From contig CBDBFU010000012.1 in the NCBI GenBank assembly GCA_965205025.1, positions 1-64,000 on the forward strand: 64,000 bases of DNA. The letters are read 5' to 3'. How positions within the stretch are numbered: position 1 is the first letter of the stretch; each line of letters starts with the position of its first letter. Positions 62,340 to 64,000 of the stretch are shown one piece after another. This DNA comes from Candidatus Poribacteria bacterium. GTDB lineage: Bacteria; Poribacteria; WGA-4E; WGA-3G. Under the pieces are notes generated by a model. The model had not been told where the DNA came from. It did no database searches and saw only the letters and a program-made list of their open reading frames with translations. The position numbers and the translations under genes are program-made.

Positions 62340-63437
62340 TTACACATTAGAGAGTAGATTTATAAGATCTCTATTTATATAGTAAGATTCTCTTCCTGTC
62401 TTAACCCGATCAAGTATGCCAAGGTCTGTAATTTCGTTAAGATATTTCGTCGCAGTTACCCGACTACACTTCAATTCTTTCTCAACTATATTAATCTTAC
62501 AGTAGGGCCATTTGAATAGTAAATCGACAAAACCTTCTCGCTCAACCGCTTTCGTTTTACCTTGAGCTCGTATGGTAAAATTATTAATGAGGTTGTTAAT
62601 TTCTTCTATCATAAGTGCGGTTTCCCTTGATGTTTGTTCTACTGCTGCTAATACATACAGTATCCACTGTTCCCATTCCCCTTCTTCTGTCACTTCACGT
62701 AAGTATCTGTAATACTCAGAACGATTTTGGATAAAGAACCGACTGAGATATAATATTGGAACATCAAGCAATTCTTGATGCATCAGATACAAGATATTGA
62801 GGATACGTCCTGTACGTCCATTTCCGTCTGTGAATGGATGTATTGCTTCAAATTGGTAATGCATGACCGCCATTTTTACAAGTGGTTCGATTCCGTCTCT
62901 TTCATCATTGATGAAGTGTTCAAGGTTAGTTAACAACCTGATAATGTTATCGTATCCAGTTGGAGGGGTATATATGATTTCATTTGTCGTAGGGTTTTGA
63001 ATCTTGACATCATATTTACGAACATCCATCTGGACATCCAATACACGCGTACATATTTGCTCAAAGAGTGGTGTATTAATAATGGGTCGGTCCCTCATGT
63101 TATACATTCCTGTCCATAGTGCCTCACGGTAACGTAGTACCTCTTTTGTGTTTGGTGTTATTTGGATTTTTTCAGATGACATAGCGCGGTATAGTTCATC
63201 ATTGGTAGTCACTATGTTTTCAATTTCCGAACTCCTACGGGCTTCCTGTAGCGGTAATGTATGCACTAAGACAGCTTCGTTTGGCAATGTTCTCATCAAG
63301 GCATTTACTCTGGCAAGCTCAGCCATAGCGGTGATACAAGTTTTAAGTATGTTGTAGGATTCAAGTTCAGCTGCAGGTGGGAGTATAGGAATATCGTTCC
63401 ACGGAGTATTTTGATCAAACCCAGGTTTAAGCATCAT
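62340..63437 (-). CDS. Fic family adenylyltransferase (SoFic-like, C-terminal HTH)
   Basis: Inhibitory SSEIEN motif; HPFTDGNGRTGR. Confidence 0.93.
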   Translation of the reverse strand: MMLKPGFDQNTPWNDIPILPPAAELESYNILKTCITAMAELARVNALMRTLPNEAVLVHTLPLQEARRSSEIENIVTTNDELYRAMSSEKIQITPNTKEVLRYREALWTGMYNMRDRPIINTPLFEQICTRVLDVQMDVRKYDVKIQNPTTNEIIYTPPTGYDNIIRLLTNLEHFINDERDGIEPLVKMAVMHYQFEAIHPFTDGNGRTGRILNILYLMHQELLDVPILYLSRFFIQNRSEYYRYLREVTEEGEWEQWILYVLAAVEQTSRETALMIEEINNLINNFTIRAQGKTKAVEREGFVDLLFKWPYCKINIVEKELKCSRVTATKYLNEITDLGILDRVKTGRESYYINRDLINLLSNV

Positions 63438-63456
63438 GTTTCACAACCTTCTTAAC

Positions 63457-63638
63457 TGACATGCATAGTTTTTCACAATTTCTATACATATTATAGGTAA
63501 TATGTATAAATTCTTTACATATCATAGTTGACATGTATAGTTTTTCGCAATTTCTATACATATTATAGGTAATATGTATAAATTCTTTACATATCATAGT
63601 TGACATGTATAGTTTTTCGCAATTTCTATACATATTAT
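63457..63638. repeat. 72-bp tandem repeat (about 2.5 copies) directly upstream of fic
   Basis: TGACATG starts at 63457, 63529 and 63601; units are near-identical. Confidence 0.9.
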
Positions 63639-63674
63639 GAATATATCCATTGCAATTAGTTGTCAAATTATCCT

Positions 63675-64000
63675 TTACACCAAATTATATGGCATCTGTC
63701 TGAAGGTAATCTGCAGTTGCTTTAGAGTAGTCTCGGTTAGTTGTGTGCCACCACAATGAATAACCTTTCTCCCGTCATGACGCGGTATACGGTCAATGAG
63801 TTCTTCATTAAGGATATCATCATTGTTTAGAAGATAGACTCCGACTCCATCTACGCTACCTAAGAAAGAGTGTTGATGTCTTTGAGAGACTACTGAAGAT
63901 GAATACGACCGTCCATTCCCTTCTATAAGAGCAACGGTAGTGTCTGTTGTAATTGATGTACCTGTTTCTTTAAAAAAGAGGTATTGTGCCATTTCATGAA
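63675..64000 (-). CDS. C-terminal part of a probable type III Mod methyltransferase (continues beyond the window)
   Basis: A.YLFF.ETG...GVYLL...KVI......L...ITFRQMPY resembles Mod C-termini; lies upstream of res. Catalytic motifs would be outside the window. Confidence 0.6.
   Translation of the reverse strand, partial: HEMAQYLFFKETGTSITTDTTVALIEGNGRSYSSSVVSQRHQHSFLGSVDGVGVYLLNNDDILNEELIDRIPRHDGRKVIHCGGTQLTETTLKQLQITFRQMPYNLV

Noticed and set aside
63427-63666. 79-aa ORF, or a TIGR/CRISPR-like 72-bp array
   Set aside because: The ORF is just the translated tandem repeat. Units are near-identical with no variable spacers, and no Nop-domain or Cas gene is adjacent.

Overview
AT-rich bacterial chromosome segment. 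It most resembles Candidatus Poribacteria (inferred from a secreted WD40 array, a dockerin-like remnant, the 'RAAYWDGKN...TRKMLIRK' C-terminal domain remnant, PhyH and two sulfatases). Housekeeping blocks are yebC-ruvCAB-queA-yajC and phoH-ybeY-corC-tRNA-Pro-recO. Between them lie catabolic genes, an Fe3+ ABC pair, an ECF sigma/anti-sigma/RseB operon, a CotH kinase plus DUF4956, a TonB-dependent receptor, a T9SS-like CTD protein plus PorV-like barrel, and a type III R-M locus with a fic gene inside it. Intergenic DNA is dense in REP-like hairpins and MITEs related to an intact IS630. Main observations missed by the ORF track: (1) a tandem two-domain peroxiredoxin with in-frame UGA at both peroxidatic positions, each followed at +16 nt by a near-identical hairpin (double selenoprotein); (2) the same ECF-type promoter motif upstream of both the sigma operon and cotH; (3) IS630 and its MITEs sitting in loops of palindromic repeats; (4) three dispersed repeat-spacer-repeat units; (5) a 72-bp operator-like tandem array in front of fic. 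All calls come from reading motifs by eye; no database searches were run.
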